A stretch of 63,907 bases of DNA, the filler included, from Circinaria calcarea (taxonomy: Eukaryota): assembly GCA_051942165.1 (NCBI GenBank). It is 9 parts of 9 records of this genome, joined end to end, with 100 filler letters (N's around TTAATTAATTAA, not from the genome) between each part and the next. Parts side by side here need not be neighbours in the genome. Positions count along the whole stretch, not along the records: positions 56,917 to 63,907 come from JAVECS010001436.1; 8 more parts are not named here. One strand, 5' to 3'. The notes beneath the pieces were generated by a model. That model saw only the letters and a program-made list of their open reading frames with translations. It ran no database searches and was not told the DNA's origin. Of this stretch, positions 62,165 through 63,907 are shown in pieces; the first letter of the stretch is position 1, and the number at the start of each line of letters is the position of its first letter. The position numbers were made by a program, and so were the translations under genes.

Positions 62165-63907
62165 CTACGGTTCACGCATGGAGAACATCTCCTCCTGGAT
62201 CTCTCTAAACTTCTCCTTGAAAAGGAGTTTGTCCATTGCGGTCGAGAATTCAATCTTCGCTCCCGCGATATACTTGGTACTCTTCGGCTTCGATGTCGGA
62301 GAAGCCAAATCTCGCCGTTGTAACATTTTCGAGTTATCCAAGGGGATGTCTAAACCTTTGATCCGGATGGTGTTGTCCCCACCTTCCTTAATTGTCAGTG
62401 GCTTCCTAAAGCTGTTTAGAGGAAAGACCATGTAGCCGTCTCGAAAATGGGGGGAGTAATGTAGCAATGCCAAACATGCTCCTGAACTAGGATCTTGGAA
62501 GATACGGAGGTTCTCTAAGCCGCAGAGTTGTTCTGCAAACGCAAAAGCCCCTGATATGCCGTCATGCAGTCGCATAGTGGCCTTGGTCTTGACAGTTAGT
62601 AAAAGTGTTCGACCCATGATCGCGTTCTGAAAAAGGGTAGCGGCTAAGAGATATATTAGTCGCATAAACAACCAAGAGTCTCAATTTATATCTGTTCACG
62701 CATACCGCGGTCGTGCTCGAAGCAATAATTAACCCATGATGTTCTTGCGCGGTAAACAGGAGTTGCGTCCAGTGTAATATCATGGAATTTCAGTTCCGCC
62801 TGGACCCGAAGAACCGCCTTGGCGTCATTGCCCCATATTGTATAAGGTATCATTTCTTCTCCATCGGCGACTATCAGAGATTAGAAACGGGCAAGCGTAA
62901 ATCTCTTGGAGCGTGAGGCATACGGCACTGTTCGACTCGGACACTCCCATCATCGCTGAGAGCCCAGATACTCGTCGAATACCGGATAGCTCCAGATGTA
63001 AGATTGTGCTGTTTCCTAACTAGGTAGACGGAGCACGACGGACACGCGTCCACCATCCGCCACTCACCAGGCTGCGTTTCGTCTGGTTGCGTATATTCGA
63101 TGGATTTGGCGCGACTAATACTCGATTATTACTAGGTACTCCACTGATCGGGGTTTGATAGCTTACACCTCGCACAGCACTGCCGCATTGGTGAATAGCT
63201 GCCTTTTAAAGAGTTCTTGTTCGCTGATAGTAGCAAAAGCCTTCCATGGATCCTTATCATCACATTTTTGGTTCCCCTTGGGATTCGAATCATGGTAATC
63301 TTTCTGGGGGGCATTGGGGACTTCGGATTCTAAATTCAAGACAGGTAACGGTAGCATATTCGGGTGACTGGGTAATAGATTAGGGGACCGATCGGAACGT
63401 CTTTTATAGGTAGAGTACGGGGAGAATGGTATGGCGTCGGGTGAATGCCTTGAACCGGCGGAAGAGTTTGAAGGTTGGCGACTTCTCTCATACTGCGGCG
63501 ATGTCTCTTTGAGACGGTATTGGTGATCCAAAGGAATTAGTAGGGATTCCCTTCCATTTATTTGATAGCCCTCTCCGAATCTGTCTGAGCTCCTTGCGCT
63601 GTTTGCCGAGAACTCCGAGTCGCTAAGCTCCGGTGTCCTTTGTGGAGTTTGATGAGAAGCGGATTTCCCAGGTATCGCCTGCTCAAACCTCTCTCCTTGA
63701 AAGGGATATGATTCTCGGCGTTCCTCAATGGTCTTAATGACAGGAGATATAGGTTGTGACGCTAGAATTTGCGCTCGTTGTGGCCATATCATCGGCGATG
63801 ATTCAAGGCCAGCACGAAGAGATAGCATTAGGTGGTGCATCTCATCGATTTTGACGTCGAGATCTCCATTGAATTTGTCATGTATGTTGTTCATCTGATT
63901 TGCCACA
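62165..63907 (-). CDS. Conserved fungal hypothetical protein, 5'-truncated, multi-exon
   Basis: A 247-aa exon ending FKRQLFTNAAVLCE splices to RAKSIEYTQ...TSIWALSDDGSVRVEQ | MIPYTIWG...TSWVNYCFE | ATLFQNAIMGRTLLL...AKIEFSTAMDKLLF. Introns are canonical. Confidence 0.8.

Overview
This window is not one locus. It is nine separate eukaryotic contigs of about 7 kb (7032, 7022, 7017, 7017, 7014, 7012, 7001, 7001 and 6991 bp, in descending length), joined by artificial 100-nt spacers (44 N + TTAATTAATTAA + 44 N). Gene neighbourhood across a spacer therefore means nothing. All recognisable genes are intron-containing filamentous-ascomycete (Pezizomycotina) genes with GT..AG introns and CTRAC/CTGAT branch sites. 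Housekeeping and metabolic genes: an ExoIII/AP-endonuclease-like EEP enzyme, GPI3/PIG-A, a secreted acid phosphatase, an NRPS-like A-T-R reductase, NADPH oxidase NoxA, a GT69/CAP59-like mannosyltransferase, Asn-tRNA synthetase, NPL4, SEC66, a membrane alpha/beta hydrolase, UTP14, MRPL27 and a HUL5/UBE3C-like HECT ligase. Accessory or non-self-recognition-type genes: a HeLo-like/CxC/ankyrin protein, a HET-domain protein with an acidic insertion, and a multi-exon gene (reconstructed by hand) fusing a SesB-like alpha/beta hydrolase to a ubiquitin-like domain and Cys-rich zinc ribbons with no NACHT/NB-ARC domain. There is also a Myb/SANT-like + SAP + 2xRRM protein, a frameshifted pseudogene, a probable solo LTR, and short repeats with CpG-centred transition mutations. 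I found no RNA genes or CRISPR arrays. The best novelty candidates are the unusual domain fusions; none is shown to be a new system without database searches.
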